A DNA stretch of 63,759 nucleotides, the filler included, from Reticulomyxa filosa (taxonomy: Eukaryota; Protista; Foraminifera), in assembly GCA_000512085.1 (NCBI GenBank). It is 24 parts of 24 records of this genome, joined end to end, with 100 filler letters (N's around TTAATTAATTAA, not from the genome) between each part and the next. Parts side by side here need not be neighbours in the genome. Positions count along the whole stretch, not along the records: positions 25,796 to 27,575 come from ASPP01021369.1; positions 27,676 to 29,072 come from ASPP01023669.1; positions 29,173 to 30,749 come from ASPP01024735.1; positions 30,850 to 32,430 come from ASPP01033354.1; positions 32,531 to 34,861 come from ASPP01001373.1; positions 34,962 to 36,162 come from ASPP01027807.1; positions 36,263 to 39,433 come from ASPP01023570.1; positions 39,534 to 41,351 come from ASPP01016481.1; 16 more parts are not named here. The stretch is one strand, 5' to 3'. Positions within the stretch are counted from its first letter, which is position 1, and each line of letters begins with the position of its first letter. The position numbers were made by a program, and so were the translations under genes. Positions 25,829 through 39,577 of the stretch are shown here, piece by piece. The notes under the pieces were generated by a model, which did not search any database, was not told the DNA's origin, and saw only the letters and a program-made list of their open reading frames with translations.

Positions 25829-27420
25829 GTAAAAATAAAGACGAAGAAGATGACGAGGAAGCCACAATTGTAAGTGAAATGGAGCGCATGGGTACTGAAA
25901 AGAGTGGCATCAGCAGTGTCACCGACAACGATGAAGACATGATGGACCGCACCAAAAAAGCCATGGAGACGCTGAAGGAGCAGCGCGACGAGGAGTTGAG
26001 CAAAAAAGTGGACGAGCTATCGAAAGAGCAAGGCAAAGTGCGCTACTTGAGCGACGTGCTGTTCCAAACCAACGAAAGCTACTACGTGCTTTGGCTGGAA
26101 AAGTGCAAGATCGCACTGGAACTGTTCTCGAAAAACGCCGATTTTGAGAAAACCAAGGAACGCAGCAAAAAAGCCATTCGCAGGTATTATGCGCAACTCA
26201 GCCAAAATGACCGTCTTTTGAAAGAGCTCAAGCTGCTCAAACAATCGATCGAAGTGCTTAAAAAGCAAGCTCAAGCTGCAAAAGGAGGAGGCATTGCAGG
26301 AGGAGGCGCCTTTGCTCCTTATCCCGGTTGGAGTGTTAGTGCCAAACACATCCCTGCCATGACTCTACCCTCCGTGTCCAGTCGTGCCAATGGCATTTTT
26401 TTGCCGGCGTCCAATACGCCCAAAGCCAAGGAGCTGAAAATCGAAATGAACGAAAACGAAAATGCACCGGACAATGAAAAGGACAGCGAAAGCGATGACG
26501 ACGTGGACGACCTGTTGCGAGTCGAAAACAAGTTTAAAACGCTGGTCAAACAAGAGTCCATGCTTCAGCTCAACGAAGAGCAAAACCAATTCCAGTCTGC
26601 TCTCGAAGAAATGCAAAATGAACTCTCCGATATGCACTCGCAGTTGGAGTCCAAAGACGCAGAAATTGACAAACTGAAAGCCGAAGTAGAAACTTGGACT
26701 AACTCACATGAATCCGTGTGGACAGTTTACTATTGATATTTGACAAATGGGAAGGGGGGAAGGGGGGGTCAAAAATATATGCAATAATTGTATAATGTTG
26801 ATTGTTAGATGCTCCAACAAAAAGAAAGACGGCTATTTGAATTGGAAAACGAAGATGAATACTACAAACATCGCGCCAACACATTAAAACAAACGTGTGA
26901 AAACTTGGAAAACAACAATGTGAAATTGCTGCAATTGCTACAAAATGTGGAAAACGAATTTGTGAGCAAACTGAATTATAAACCCAGCATTTTAAACAAT
27001 CGCAACTACGCGCAAGAATTCGATCCCAAAAAATGCATGGCAGACAAAGCTAGCGACTCTTCCGTGGCCCTGTTGAAAATGGCCCAGGCCGGGAGCTCCA
27101 CGCCCACCTCTTCTGCCAACCTCGCCGTGGACAAACCTATATCCACTCTGGATCTGACCGCCACGAGAAACGACCGCAAGGATAAACTCAAAGAGAGGCT
27201 CAAAAGTGTCAACAAAAGCATCAACGGCATGGAAATGATCATGGATGCAAACGCTACACTCCAAGAGCTGAGCGCCGAACCTGACAATGATGACTTGGAT
27301 GGATCAAGTCCTCACAATGATAATCTCAGTGCTGCCAACGTTGACGAACCTCAAAAACCTTCCAAAGACTGGAAGCAAGATCGCAATGTGAGACAAGGGA
27401 AAAAATTAACAAGGCTATGA
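25826..27420 (+). CDS. Coiled-coil hypothetical protein (partial)
   Basis: Long E/K/Q-rich ORFs 25879-26715 and 26809-27420 join in frame through a GT-AG intron at 26716-26808. (AAT)n at the contig start. Confidence 0.75.
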
Positions 27421-27675
27421 TACACACACACACACACGCACATATGTACAACCTCTCAAGTGCCCTGTCGTGTTCCTCTCCCTTTATTCCAAAGGATGTA
27501 CTTGGTGAATAATAGTTACACAAGTCCAAAAAGTTGGTGTATGAACAAGGGACAAACAAAAAAAAAAAAAAAAAANNNNNNNNNNNNNNNNNNNNNNNNN
27601 NNNNNNNNNNNNNNNNNNNTTAATTAATTAANNNNNNNNNNNNNNNNNNNNNNNNNNNNNNNNNNNNNNNNNNNN

Positions 27676-27709
<34 letters not shown>

Positions 27710-27809
27710 ATTGTTTGTTTATAAACTCTTTTGTTCAAGTGTTAATCGTCAGAAGTCACACAGAATAGAAATAACAATACACACATAAAATAGCGATGTA
27801 ACACGTGCG

Positions 27810-29032
27810 GTGAAACACTTAGCTTTGAAAAACGAATGCTCAATTGACGTCGACCGCAGTCGCAATTTGAAACAGGTGACTGACACGACCACGGCAGTCG
27901 TGCATAGCAATAGCTGCAATGCTCTTCGAGACAACGCGAAGTGGATAGACAATGTGTGCGTGGAGGAAGTTGAAATACGAAACACAATCCTATGGCTAGA
28001 CGACCGAACCGGAGGACAGTTTCATCATTCCATGGAAGACTACTGCCCTTTTGGATTGCGTCTCTACGGGTACTCAAACACTGGCCATTGCAATGACCAA
28101 AGCTCCGACTCCCCACTTGCAAAGACGCTGATAACCTTGTTGAAACATTACTCGCAACAAAAAATAGACATTTTAACGCACAAAACCCAACTTTTCCAAA
28201 GCCTCTTTGCGACGTGGGTCGACATTTGCCGATATCTAACAAAGCATGGAGGGGTCATTTACACACCGTCTGTTGACACAATTGAAGGGTTTGTGCAATT
28301 GTTCGGACCACACCTAGTCAGTCGGTGGAGAGATACTGTTCCGCAACAAATGGAAGTTTCGGCACCGATTTTACCAAATGACATAAGTTATGTGTTATTA
28401 TTATTATTTATTATTATTTATTATTATTTGTTATCATATACGTATCAACAACATACGCATTTTCGTGGTACCAAGTTAAAAAAAAAAAAAAATGTTAAAT
28501 GAAAATTTCAGCATCAAGTGAACGTTGCGAAAAAAAGCGAAAGCGACAAGATATGGAAGAAACGAATAAAGTGAAGCAGGAAGAAGAGACAAAAGGGATG
28601 AACATCAAAGAGGAATCGATAGACAATTGCTCGTTGTCAACAACAGCAGCAACAACGTACTTGCAACCGCCAATGAAACGCCAACGTCTGGAAGCAGATG
28701 TAAAAACGATGATGCTAAAAAAAGGGGAAGAAAAGACAATGGAAAAGTGGAAAAGAGAACGGGTGGACTGTGAAATGCGTCTATCCAAACCAAGTGATGC
28801 TCAAACGAGGCATACTTACTTTCGGTATTTTCTCCTTCCATTCCTTCACGACGACCCTTTACACAACATTTGTTCAGACGTGTGGTCGTATTCTGGCGTG
28901 ATGGAAGATGCAGTGACGGAGTGTCATGTCAAGTCATCATCGTTGCTGCTTTTCAACGACGCACAACTGCCAAGGCGCAAACTTGTGCCGTATATGAATT
29001 CTATTCAATACGAACATTATGATAAAATCAAA

Positions 29033-29033
<1 letters not shown>
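27810..29033 (+). CDS. Hypothetical protein, internal exons
   Basis: Two GC-richer ORFs (about 27810-28387 and 28512-29033) separated by an AT-rich intron-like segment; a GT donor precedes the terminal poly-A. No motif recognised. Confidence 0.55.
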
Positions 29034-29072
<39 letters not shown>

Positions 29073-30249
29073 NNNNNNNNNNNNNNNNNNNNNNNNNNNN
29101 NNNNNNNNNNNNNNNNTTAATTAATTAANNNNNNNNNNNNNNNNNNNNNNNNNNNNNNNNNNNNNNNNNNNNATAGTGGAATATGTTGTCTTAAACTTTT
29201 TTCATTAAAAAAGAAAATAAACAATAATAAACAAAGATCGAATGATTATTTTAATTTATGTTATGGTTTAGGCAAAGGACCAATTTGTATTTGGGGATAA
29301 ATACATGAATTTGTTTTAATTTCAATTTTTTTCCAATTTATTCAATTTAAAATCAACAATTGAAGACTGTCAGATATTTTATTTAAAGAAATTAAACTTG
29401 TTAATTATTAATTTGTGAGTACAATATAAAATTTTATAACATTTGTTTTTTCTTTACATATTGAATAGTTCTGCTTTTGACCGTAAAAGGTAGAAACATA
29501 AATTTATTAATAACAGAACTATACTCAAATAAGCAAAGCTTAGAGATAAAGTAATTTGCCACATATTTTTAACAGTCTTCACAGTCAATATAAGCACTTT
29601 TTTTTTCTGAAACGATTTTGAAGTCAATATTTTAATTCATTCAAACTGGAGACAAATTTAAAGTTTTTTTAAAAAATGGTTTATCTTTTTTGGTTTTTTC
29701 AAAAGGGCCACGTTCTCCTCCTTTTTTAAAAACATCAAACTTAATAGTCAAAACTAAATAAAGTCAACATATTGGCATTTCGATTCACTTTCAAGCTTTG
29801 AAGTCTTCACTTTCTCAAGTTTAACGTGTGATATATTTGTGGAGGTAAACCAAAATATTGATTTTTTAAAAAAAATTTATTTAATTTTGGTGCTGATGAC
29901 AATAAAACATTTGTAATGTTCAATTCATATTGCATAATTTAGTTATTATTTTTTCCATTTTGAAGAAGGATAGCACATATTATTTCTTAATGTAAAAAAA
30001 TGAACACCTTTTTTTGTTACATCAATAAATTTCAAGGTTCTTTACTCCATTTCAGAAAAAATAATTTTCTATCTCAAAAAGCCCTTTTTTTCAAAGTTTG
30101 AATAGAAACAAGGACAATGGAAAAAAACAGAAAAACAGAAAATCGTAGAAATAAAATCAGTGAATGAGAAGATTTTTGTAAAATAATGTGAATTAGTTTT
30201 AAAGCACTATTTGTAATGTTTGATTGATGTTTTAATCAAAATAATACTG

Positions 30250-30749
30250 TTATCTCCAAAACCATGCGTTAGTAATCGGATTAAAGACAATAAAATACTC
30301 ATCATGGGAAATATGTTTTGTGCTTTGGAGTTCAACTTCACTCAACAAAAGTTGTTTTCCTTGAATAGAAATTCTAGCATTTTTTCGAACAGTATGTTTC
30401 ACTTTGAGGAAGAACAGCACAGCAAAGAAACATGAAAGAGTAAATAAAAGCAACAAGTACTGCATATCTGCAGATTGTTTGTTGTGCTTCTGCCCAAACA
30501 AGGAGTCAGGTAGGATTTGATATACGAATAGCAATTCAATAATGGAGCCAATGATACCAGCGAAAAAGCCTAATGATCTGATGATGGACACGCCATATGG
30601 AAATGCTGGCATGAATACTTTGTGATATTGTTGCAGATTCAAATTCTTCCACGACCAGAGGACAGTAGAAATGAATAAAGCCAGACATGTGGGATAATAT
30701 AATGGCTACTGGCTTTCCTTCGCTCAAAAGTTGTGCTGAAATCAACATG
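30250..30749 (-). CDS. Multi-pass membrane protein, C-terminal fragment (frameshifted)
   Basis: Overlapping ORFs 30536-30748 and 30250-30642 contain hydrophobic helices (SLGFFAGIIGSIIELLFVY; YLLLLFTLSCFFAVLFFL). Confidence 0.45.
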
Positions 30750-31279
30750 NNNNNNNNNNNNNNNNNNNNNNNNNNNNNNNNNNNNNNNNNNNNTTAATTA
30801 ATTAANNNNNNNNNNNNNNNNNNNNNNNNNNNNNNNNNNNNNNNNNNNNGCATTTCCCATTATGTATGTTCAAAATGTCTGATAATATTTTTTTAGTTGA
30901 CCGAAAGAGTCATTCTTTAACAAAGACGTTGAGAAAAAGTTTGTCAGTTGCTGACATTTAAACAAGTACATCATATAGAAACGTTGAAAAGGATGAACCA
31001 AAAATTTGTAAAATTCCTCCTGCTTGTATGTCTGCAAGAATTTTAAGACATCAAACTACATCTTGTTTGATAAGCCAAAATTTAATGTCAAGCAACGGTT
31101 AGTAGAACACAGATGCCGTTTTCAAATATAAGAGTTTTATCTTTAAACTCTTTTTGTTTAATTAGGCAATAGATCAGAGACAGTATCTCTCTCTTGCAAA
31201 AATTTCTTTTTCAGTGACACGGATTTGTTCAACTTGGAAGTCATTTAATTCTGGCAAGTTTGAAACAATAGAAAAGTTT

Positions 31280-32351
31280 CACATGTCACTGGATAACTTA
31301 ATTCAAGTCCGGATATTACACCTGTATACTAAATATGTATAATGTATAAGTAAATATATTATATATATATAAAAGATTTATGCAATACCATATTTGACAT
31401 CACTAGGAATAGCTATGGACACTCATTTGGACTAAAAAATAGAACAAACATGCAAAATTGAGTGATATCATTGATGTAGCATTTTGCTTTTTTTTGCCAA
31501 TTATGCAATGCCTATGTCGTGGTCGATACGTGTCATTACTGTAACGTTATTCAAAGGGATGTCCGATGCATTGTTGGCCAATATCAAACAATTGGTGTTG
31601 GCAGGATTGTCGACAACACATACTTTCACCGATTTGCGAGCATATTCATTCAGTGCTTTGCCTTGTTGCATAAATATCATTACGTTATTTCTTATCAAAT
31701 CATTACGCTCAATTCCTTTCAGACTAGGTTTACTACCCATCAACAATGCTACATCAATGTCATCAAATACCTTTCATTTTATTTTTTTTTTTTGTAAACA
31801 AATTCAAAATTGTATTCATGTAAAGAAAAGCCCTTTTTTTCAAAACAAAAAAAAAAAAGGGAATCTCGAAAAAAGGGGGTGCATCTCACTCAAAAAAAAA
31901 AAATAAAATAAAAATTCGAAAACAAAACTTGGAAATGCACAATCATACAACTCAATTGACACTCCACTCACTTTTGGAACAATTGATGGCAAATCATATG
32001 CGTTGATTTCAACTCGTTGATTTTTTCCAAACATTTCACCACTTTTATTCTATACGTATATTTTTTAAAAATTGATTAATGTTATTACCTATTTTCATTT
32101 CTTGTTTAAAAAACATTATGTCGGTAGACACACAGATGAAACAAATGATGTTACCTGGCCGAGCGAAATAAAAGTGCATATCCAATGTTCCCAGACGCTC
32201 CAGTTACTGCCACTTTTATTGTTTGTAGCTTTGATTGAATGTATTCCAGTGCTCCCATTTCTGTCAAATCGTCTTTTTTTTGCCAACGAAACACATCTGT
32301 TCCAACCAAACCTGAGCAAAAGTTTCGCTTTGAAGAAGTCAAGACACTCAC
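31280..32351 (-). pseudogene. MDH: Malate dehydrogenase (MDH1/cytosolic-type family) pseudogene with introns
   Basis: Exons IKVAVTGASGNIGYALLFR / SGEMFGKNQRVEI...IELYDCAFP / DIDVALLMGSKP..GIERNDL..N..IF..QGKALN...VCVVDNPANTNCLI...MTRIDHD. A premature TAA follows and most of the C-terminal domain is lost. Confidence 0.88.
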
Positions 32352-32632
32352 TTGTCTTATTTTGTGGTCAATTCTTCAACCAAGTGGAGAGTTTGATAAC
32401 ATCATTAGCACAAAAGGTTTCAACACAAGANNNNNNNNNNNNNNNNNNNNNNNNNNNNNNNNNNNNNNNNNNNNTTAATTAATTAANNNNNNNNNNNNNN
32501 NNNNNNNNNNNNNNNNNNNNNNNNNNNNNNTCTCAAAAGTACAAAATGTTAACATTTTAATGCACTTTATCCTTCACAATAATTTCCAAAAACACAAAAG
32601 AGGAACAAAAGCTCAGTGTAGTTTTACTTAGA

Positions 32633-33408
32633 GAATGAGTTAATGTTACAAACAAATTCCACTCCAATTAAAAAATTATTTGCAAGTGGCCATTTTTTCT
32701 AATCCAATTTTATCCTTTTCTGACAAAAGCCACTCCAGAAAAAAAACTAATATTACTCTTTTGAGTACAAATAATTTTAATTTCTATTTTAAAAATAATA
32801 AATACGTAATCTTAATCTAATTTAAAAAGCATCATACAATTTTATAAAACCATTTCAAATTAATTGATGAAAAGGTATAATTTATGTAATTACATAGTCT
32901 TTGATGATTTACGTAGTTTTAATGTTTGGAAAATTGAGCGAAAAAAGACTTCCATTTTACATCATCAAAAACAATCTTAAGAAAACAAAAGAAGTTGTCA
33001 TATATTAAATACATTCTGATGTATAACAATTCAATTTTGACATAATGAAGTACAAAATTCATTTAACACAGGATAATATTTTTAAAGTTTCTATAAAAAT
33101 TTAAATTCAAATGACTCATAAATATGCAAAAATATATTTTTTATTAAGATATTCAGCGTAATTGTAAAAGAAATTATTGGCTGTATTCTCGTTTTTTACA
33201 CTCTGTTGACACAACCCATATTCTGTAGATTGTCATGCTGATTCTCAAGTAGAAACTTGGAAAATCCCACCGCACCTAAATGGTAATGATTAAATTTTAA
33301 TCCAATTTTATCTTGTTTTTTTTTAATGGATTTTTTCTGCAAAAGGATAAAATTAGAGTGCAAAAAGTTTTCTAGGTTGAGGTGGAATTTTGTAACATTA
33401 ATTCGTCC
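32633..33408. mobile_element. Putative non-autonomous element with degenerate terminal inverted repeats
   Basis: gagttaatgttacaaacaaattccac...aattttatccttttc (32637 onwards) is the reverse complement of gcaaaaggataaaatt...gtggaattttgtaacattaattc (ending 33404). The interior is non-coding and AT-rich. Confidence 0.5.
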
Positions 33409-36400
33409 ATTTATTTTTGATTTGAGTCTTTTAAATCAACAATAATCTTTTTTGAAAAATTAAAATGTCTACAGCTATTTCTAAAACAAAATTAGCAAAA
33501 AATTTATCTAAAAACAAGTAAATCTATTATATATTCATAAGAACTCAAAAAACTTATAAAAACTTTTTTCTAAAGTCGACAAGAGTTTTGTATTATTTAA
33601 AAAAGTGTTTTAAATTCCTGTTTAATAAAAATACTCATAATTCTAACAATAATACGTTCTATTTGTAAAGTATTCAAAACTCTGGAATTTTTAATATTAT
33701 ATGTTTGACAATTTAACTATGATAAAATATATATTTAATTTCATTTACCAAATAAGCAAAATCATAAAAGGCTAACCAAAAGAATTGATAGCGATATTGA
33801 ATGGATTAAAGATATTGCATCATCATGATATTCATAAACATACGGGATATCCATTTCAATTAAGATATATGTGTACAATTTTTTATGTTATGGTAAACCA
33901 TGTAATGTTCATATAAATGATTATTTTGTATGATTTCTTTTCAATTGAGGATATTAATCAGTACAATTATATTCATTATCAAATTAAAAAATTGAAACTT
34001 GGAATTTAATAAGTAACAAATTTGATACTTTGTATTCTTTTGATTTTTTAAAATAGCAAAATTATTGCATATAATTATTCAACCAAAAGAGTTACATAAT
34101 GGATATATTTTCAATGCAAATAATTATTTTTGCTTTTAGTTTGATGTTATGATTCACATTACGTACACGACAGAAAGTTTTATTAATTTTTTGTTAGTAA
34201 TAAAAGAGATTAATTAGTTTTAATTTGATTATGTGCAATTTTTATTTCATAAACATAATTCAAACAATCACTTGAAAAAACATCTGTTGTTTGGGAATAT
34301 AAAAAAAAATAAGAATTATTTGCATTTGATTTGATGACATATAATCTTCGTATCCAATTGAATTACAATAATGATAATATCACTTTGGATACCATTGAAT
34401 GAATTAATAAATTATTGTAATAAAACAAAAAAATGACAAAAATAATAAGGGTATTTAGATGCAATGAACATATGCAAATGGATATTAATAAAGAGAATTG
34501 AATATCAATGGATTATGTGAAAGATAAATTGGTGATGAAAGATTGTATTATCAAATTCATTGATATGAAATATTATTGCAAGAAGATGAAACTTTCTTGT
34601 TGGGATTATGTTATCAATGCCGAATTTAAACATAAACGTCCAGATTTGATTGAAGATTGGAGTTCTTAAATATTGATTAAAACAAACAACGATTAAAAGG
34701 ACATATTCTCAGTCATTCAGAATTGATGAAGTTACTATCGAGACAATTGAATAGCATCGGAACAAGCACTTATTGCAAAAGGGAATATACACACCATTCA
34801 AACATGAGCATTTTATCATCGTGATGCATCCACTGATCAAACCTATTTTCAATTGTATCTTNNNNNNNNNNNNNNNNNNNNNNNNNNNNNNNNNNNNNNN
34901 NNNNNTTAATTAATTAANNNNNNNNNNNNNNNNNNNNNNNNNNNNNNNNNNNNNNNNNNNNTTTTTGTTTCAATAAAATACCAAAATAAAAGCTGTTTTA
35001 CCAACAGAATTACCTACTTTTTAAAAATATTTATTGATGTTTCGAGATATCTAACTGATTTGTCAAGTTGCTTTGTAAGAGCATATAGAAAAACCAAACG
35101 AGTATATATTTGTGCAACAGCACTGGATCCAAAACAGCAACTCTTCCTTTTAGGCATTAAAATAAGTGAACTTGTTGCACATTCCACCAAATCGATAAAT
35201 AACTCAACAAAATTTCATTATTGGTCAAATCAAAAATTAAATAAAAACTTTATAATTTTGAAGAAAAATGTTACAAACGAAAACTGATCTGTATTGTTTT
35301 ATTAAAATCATAACTATTTGCATTCATTTATTTTTAGTACTTTGTCCAATAACTGAAAAATGATATTCCCAATTGCTGAGAAAAAAAAACCACAATAACT
35401 AAACTTTATCAACGTTGATATTGAGGCAATTTAACAAATTGATTGGTTCATGCTTTTAATTTTTTCTTCACACACCAATTTATTTAACACATGTTTTGAT
35501 AAGTAATAACATTCGTGTACGTTCTGGATTTATTCTTAATAAATAACATCTCGATTTTGCGCTGTTCAGAAGTGAATTTCTCCTTTCTGCTCATCTGATA
35601 GAAACAGCGTCTTTACCGTCATTAAAGAGTTGTCATCTGTCCTGCATTTAAGACCACTATAGACTTCACTTATTCCATAAGCAACCAGTAAAGAGTCTTA
35701 AAATTAAGGATTTCGGCCTATCAAACAAAATTTTTTTTTAATACGTAAAAAACAAAAACGTTTTTTGTTTGCACTCGCAAAAAAAGAAAAAAAACAAAGC
35801 TTGAAACCAAACTTCTCCCATCAGGTCTTTGATTCCTGGCATGAGAAAAATGCGAGAAATGCGAGATCTTGTTCACATTTCGTTATCATTTTTTTTTTTT
35901 GTCAGCTTGGATACGCCCAATGCTATTGCGAGTAGACACTTGAGCGGTCGTAGTCGCATTATATATTTTTTTCCGTCCAACTATTGTTGCACATCATTTG
36001 ATACCAATGGTAAGCATGCGCGTATTTTGTACACACTGCAAAATGCTTGTACTTCTTCCTTCTAATTGCTCGAATCGTAAGCAATCTTTTTCTTTTCTTC
36101 TTTGCTATCCTCCAACTTGACAGACGTTTGAATACCAAAGACGTGTCAACGAAATAACTGCCNNNNNNNNNNNNNNNNNNNNNNNNNNNNNNNNNNNNNN
36201 NNNNNNTTAATTAATTAANNNNNNNNNNNNNNNNNNNNNNNNNNNNNNNNNNNNNNNNNNNNTCTTCCTCTTCCTCTTCCTCTTCTTCTTCTTCTTCTTC
36301 TTCTTTCATCTTTTCGTCCGCACTCACGAAACAAAAACAACAACAAAAGTATGCCCATCTTCAATCCAATCTTCCAGAAACAAATGCATTTGTTCATAAC

Positions 36401-36519
36401 AGAGAAGCACTTGAAAAGCAGGCCTCTCGTTTTGTTTGACTTTTGTATACGTATATACTATTTTTTTTTTTTGGAGGGGGACAATACATATACACTCTTT
36501 TTTTTTTGGTTTTACAAAA

Positions 36520-37320
36520 TTGAAGAGACTTCAGACTGGAAAAGACGTAGAGAAGAACGCAAGGAACAGCGATCAACATCATCAGAGGTGATGTCGAATT
36601 ACCAAAAGGGCTCGTCGCCGCAATCCCGCGAGCGCCTTTGGGTTCCAAGAGAAAGGAGGAAAAAAGAACTGGAGTGTGTGGCCGAAGAGAAGTCTCCAGA
36701 CTTGTTGGTTACGGTCAATCGTGATGATGACATTGATCCAACGCGACTCAACTCTTCCAAAAACGAAGAGATATCAAGGACGATTCATGTTGGCACACCT
36801 GCCTTCTTGGCGCCTGAGATTTTGTTAAAATTAGTTCGCTAATGTGTATGCTTTGTTTTTTTTTTTGAAAAAAGGGGATCGAAACAAAATGAAGAGGGGG
36901 GGAAAATTTGATTGTGATTGATGTCCAAACTTTACATAGTTTCGAAAAAAAAATCACTTGAATCCTACAAATCAATTCCAACGCACAGACCCGAAGATAT
37001 TAAGCGATTTTAAAACAGATATTTTTTCCTTTGGTGTTTGTATGTGGAGTGTGATCACCTGTAAATTACCCTACGAAGGGTTCGATCCCAAACGTATGAT
37101 AAATATGATATTCAATGAAGAAAGATTAGGTGTCTCGGAAGCAATATGGAACGAATGGGATGACTATGTTGATAAGACTGTTCTTAAAAAATTGTTGGGT
37201 GCTTGCTGGGCACAATATCCAATTCTTCGTCCTTCCTTTGATACCATATACTCCACCTTGCAAGAACTTTACCTTTTTAGATGCATAGATAATGAGGACG
37301 ATGAAAAAGAAAAATGGTGA
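36520..37320 (+). CDS. Protein kinase C-lobe (TKL-like), last two exons
   Basis: TIHVGTPAFLAPEILL, an intron from about 36834, then KTDIFSFGVCMWSVITCKLPY...CWAQYPILRPSF (subdomains VIII-XI), stop at 37320. Confidence 0.9.
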
Positions 37321-38217
37321 TATTTTCTTTCCTTGGCTTTCTGACTTGCAAATTTTTATACGATGACAAAGAAAAGTTCGTCATGTCCTTTGTGCACATG
37401 CTATAGAGTGCTTTTGTTCGTTATCTCGGCTCTTTTTTCCTTTTTATTCGTGTAATGAATGTCATACAATGTAGTCTTTCCTTTTTTTTTGGGGTAACAC
37501 TTCCTGATGTTTTGATTCAACCCCCCAAACGTTTTTTTCCGCTTGAAGTATGTTTCTTGGCGAATGATTGAATACTGATTTATGAAGATCGAGTTGTTGG
37601 AAAGACACATAAAACAACATTTTTCAAATATTGGTTTAATTAAATTACTTTTGCTTAAAAGACAATAATTGATTATATCTCGAGTAGCGAACTTTTAAAA
37701 AATCGGATCGGGGTTCTTTTTATGCACCTCTCCAAAAATTTAAAACAGAGGGCAACACAAAAAAAAAGCTAAAAGAAAAAGAGCAGCAATTCGAATTAAA
37801 ATCCTGGTTTTTTCTCTCTCTCAAACAACTATTGCAGTAGCTTGCATGTGAGATGAGAGGATAAACGTGAAAATGATATTTGTTTTTCAAAGTTAGTTGC
37901 AATTTTTTTTAAACTAAAAGCATGAAGTGAAGGGTAGCAAGAGCGAATTTTTTTCTGAACAGTATTGCCTTGCAAAGCAAGGAGGCTGTTGATAAAAGAA
38001 AAAGAAAAATCATATTCCCTTCCTTCAATTATTAAACAAAATGGACTTTACATTCGCACATTGGAAAGAAAGAAGACAAAAACAAAGCTGCTCTTGTCTT
38101 CAACTTGGTTTTTTAAAAGCAACAATTTCGTCACAAAACATTTTCAATACTACACAACTAAAGATAGAAATAAAAATAAAAAGAGTTTTAAAGTTAATAA
38201 AATAAGATAGTTAGATT

Positions 38218-39433
38218 TTATCTGGCAAAATAAACACATTGTGCACGGCAGACAATATCATCTCCAAATCGATCAGTCTCTTCATTGCTCTCATCATCCG
38301 TTTCGGCCTCCTCCAAATGAACAGACATTTTATCGTGATCCAAAACTTGTAAAAAATCAATGTTTTCAACTTTCCAATGGATATTGTGAACAAGATTGAA
38401 AACGCCTTCGTCTTGCTTTGCACGGATATCGGCCAAGGCCAAATCGTCGAAATTGAGTGAAATGAAAGAGGGTCTGAAGAAAGGCGAAGGAAGACTACTT
38501 CTGCGAAGAAGATGCGGAGTTTTGCTGGTACTCTCTTCGGTACTTCGAGCATCCTCAAGTTCGGAAGCACTCGAGTCTGCTTCATCCCACAACGCCCACA
38601 CATGAGAAAAGGCCTTGGGTTGTTTATATACCATTTCGCAGGACTTTCCACCAAAAATGCTTTCATGGCCTTGATCCGCCATAAATTTGTATACTTGTGC
38701 AAATTGTTTCTTGCGGTCTAAGAAGCGATGGGAATATCGCATGCACGCAACAGTGAGTGGTTCAATGCCAAGCTCCACAAATGCTCGCAGCAAATAGTAT
38801 TCCGGTTTGTTATGGCCAACGTCCGATCCTGTTCCTTCCCTTATTTGCCATGGGTCACTATTGCTACTGTTGATGCTACTACTGCTACCACTACTCTGTC
38901 CTTGTTCACGTCTTAAATCACCGCTGTGCGCTTCTCTATCCTTTGTTTCTTTTCCTTCACAAGACAAACTGCCATGGGATGTTAGAGGGGGAGCATTGTT
39001 TAAATGCCCTCTATTTTTTTTTTTTTTGGTAAATAAATAAAAAAAACTGGTTCATTCATTCATTGAAAAAAAAATAAAACGTATATGTATGCACGTATAT
39101 ATCACATATTCAAACGTTGACTCATTAAGGTTTAAAGAAGAACAAGGGGCCAAGGGGGGGGGGGGGGGAAAAAGATATCTGTTTGATTTTGTATGACCTC
39201 AAGGCGTGATGCATATCATCATTTTTTTCAATAACAGTAGTGCCGTCATCCAAGATAAGGTTTTTGCCAACAACAGAAGAGTACAGTTCACACACTTCAA
39301 ATTTTTCCATTCCGACACTGCAGGCTATGCACAACTTCCATTGCGACACATTCATGCATTGCTCATTGTCACTCAAGTGATATCTCTTCTGAACCCATTC
39401 CTCTATTTGTTTCAATTTTTTGTTTTATCACAC
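38218..39433 (-). CDS. Hypothetical protein, 3' exons
   Basis: ORFs 39125-39415 and 38218-38967 are separated by an AT-rich intron-like region and have coding-like composition. No recognised domain. Confidence 0.6.
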
Positions 39434-39577
39434 NNNNNNNNNNNNNNNNNNNNNNNNNNNNNNNNNNNNNNNNNNNNTTAATTAATTAANNNNNNNNNNN
39501 NNNNNNNNNNNNNNNNNNNNNNNNNNNNNNNNNTTTTATTTTATTTTTTTTTATTTTTTTTGGTTTGTTTGAAGTAA

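Noticed and set aside
29034-29072. Terminal poly-A/poly-T runs read as retroposon tails or mRNA poly-A
   Set aside because: They follow GT donors or precede AG acceptors, so they are intronic homopolymers at which the assembly broke.
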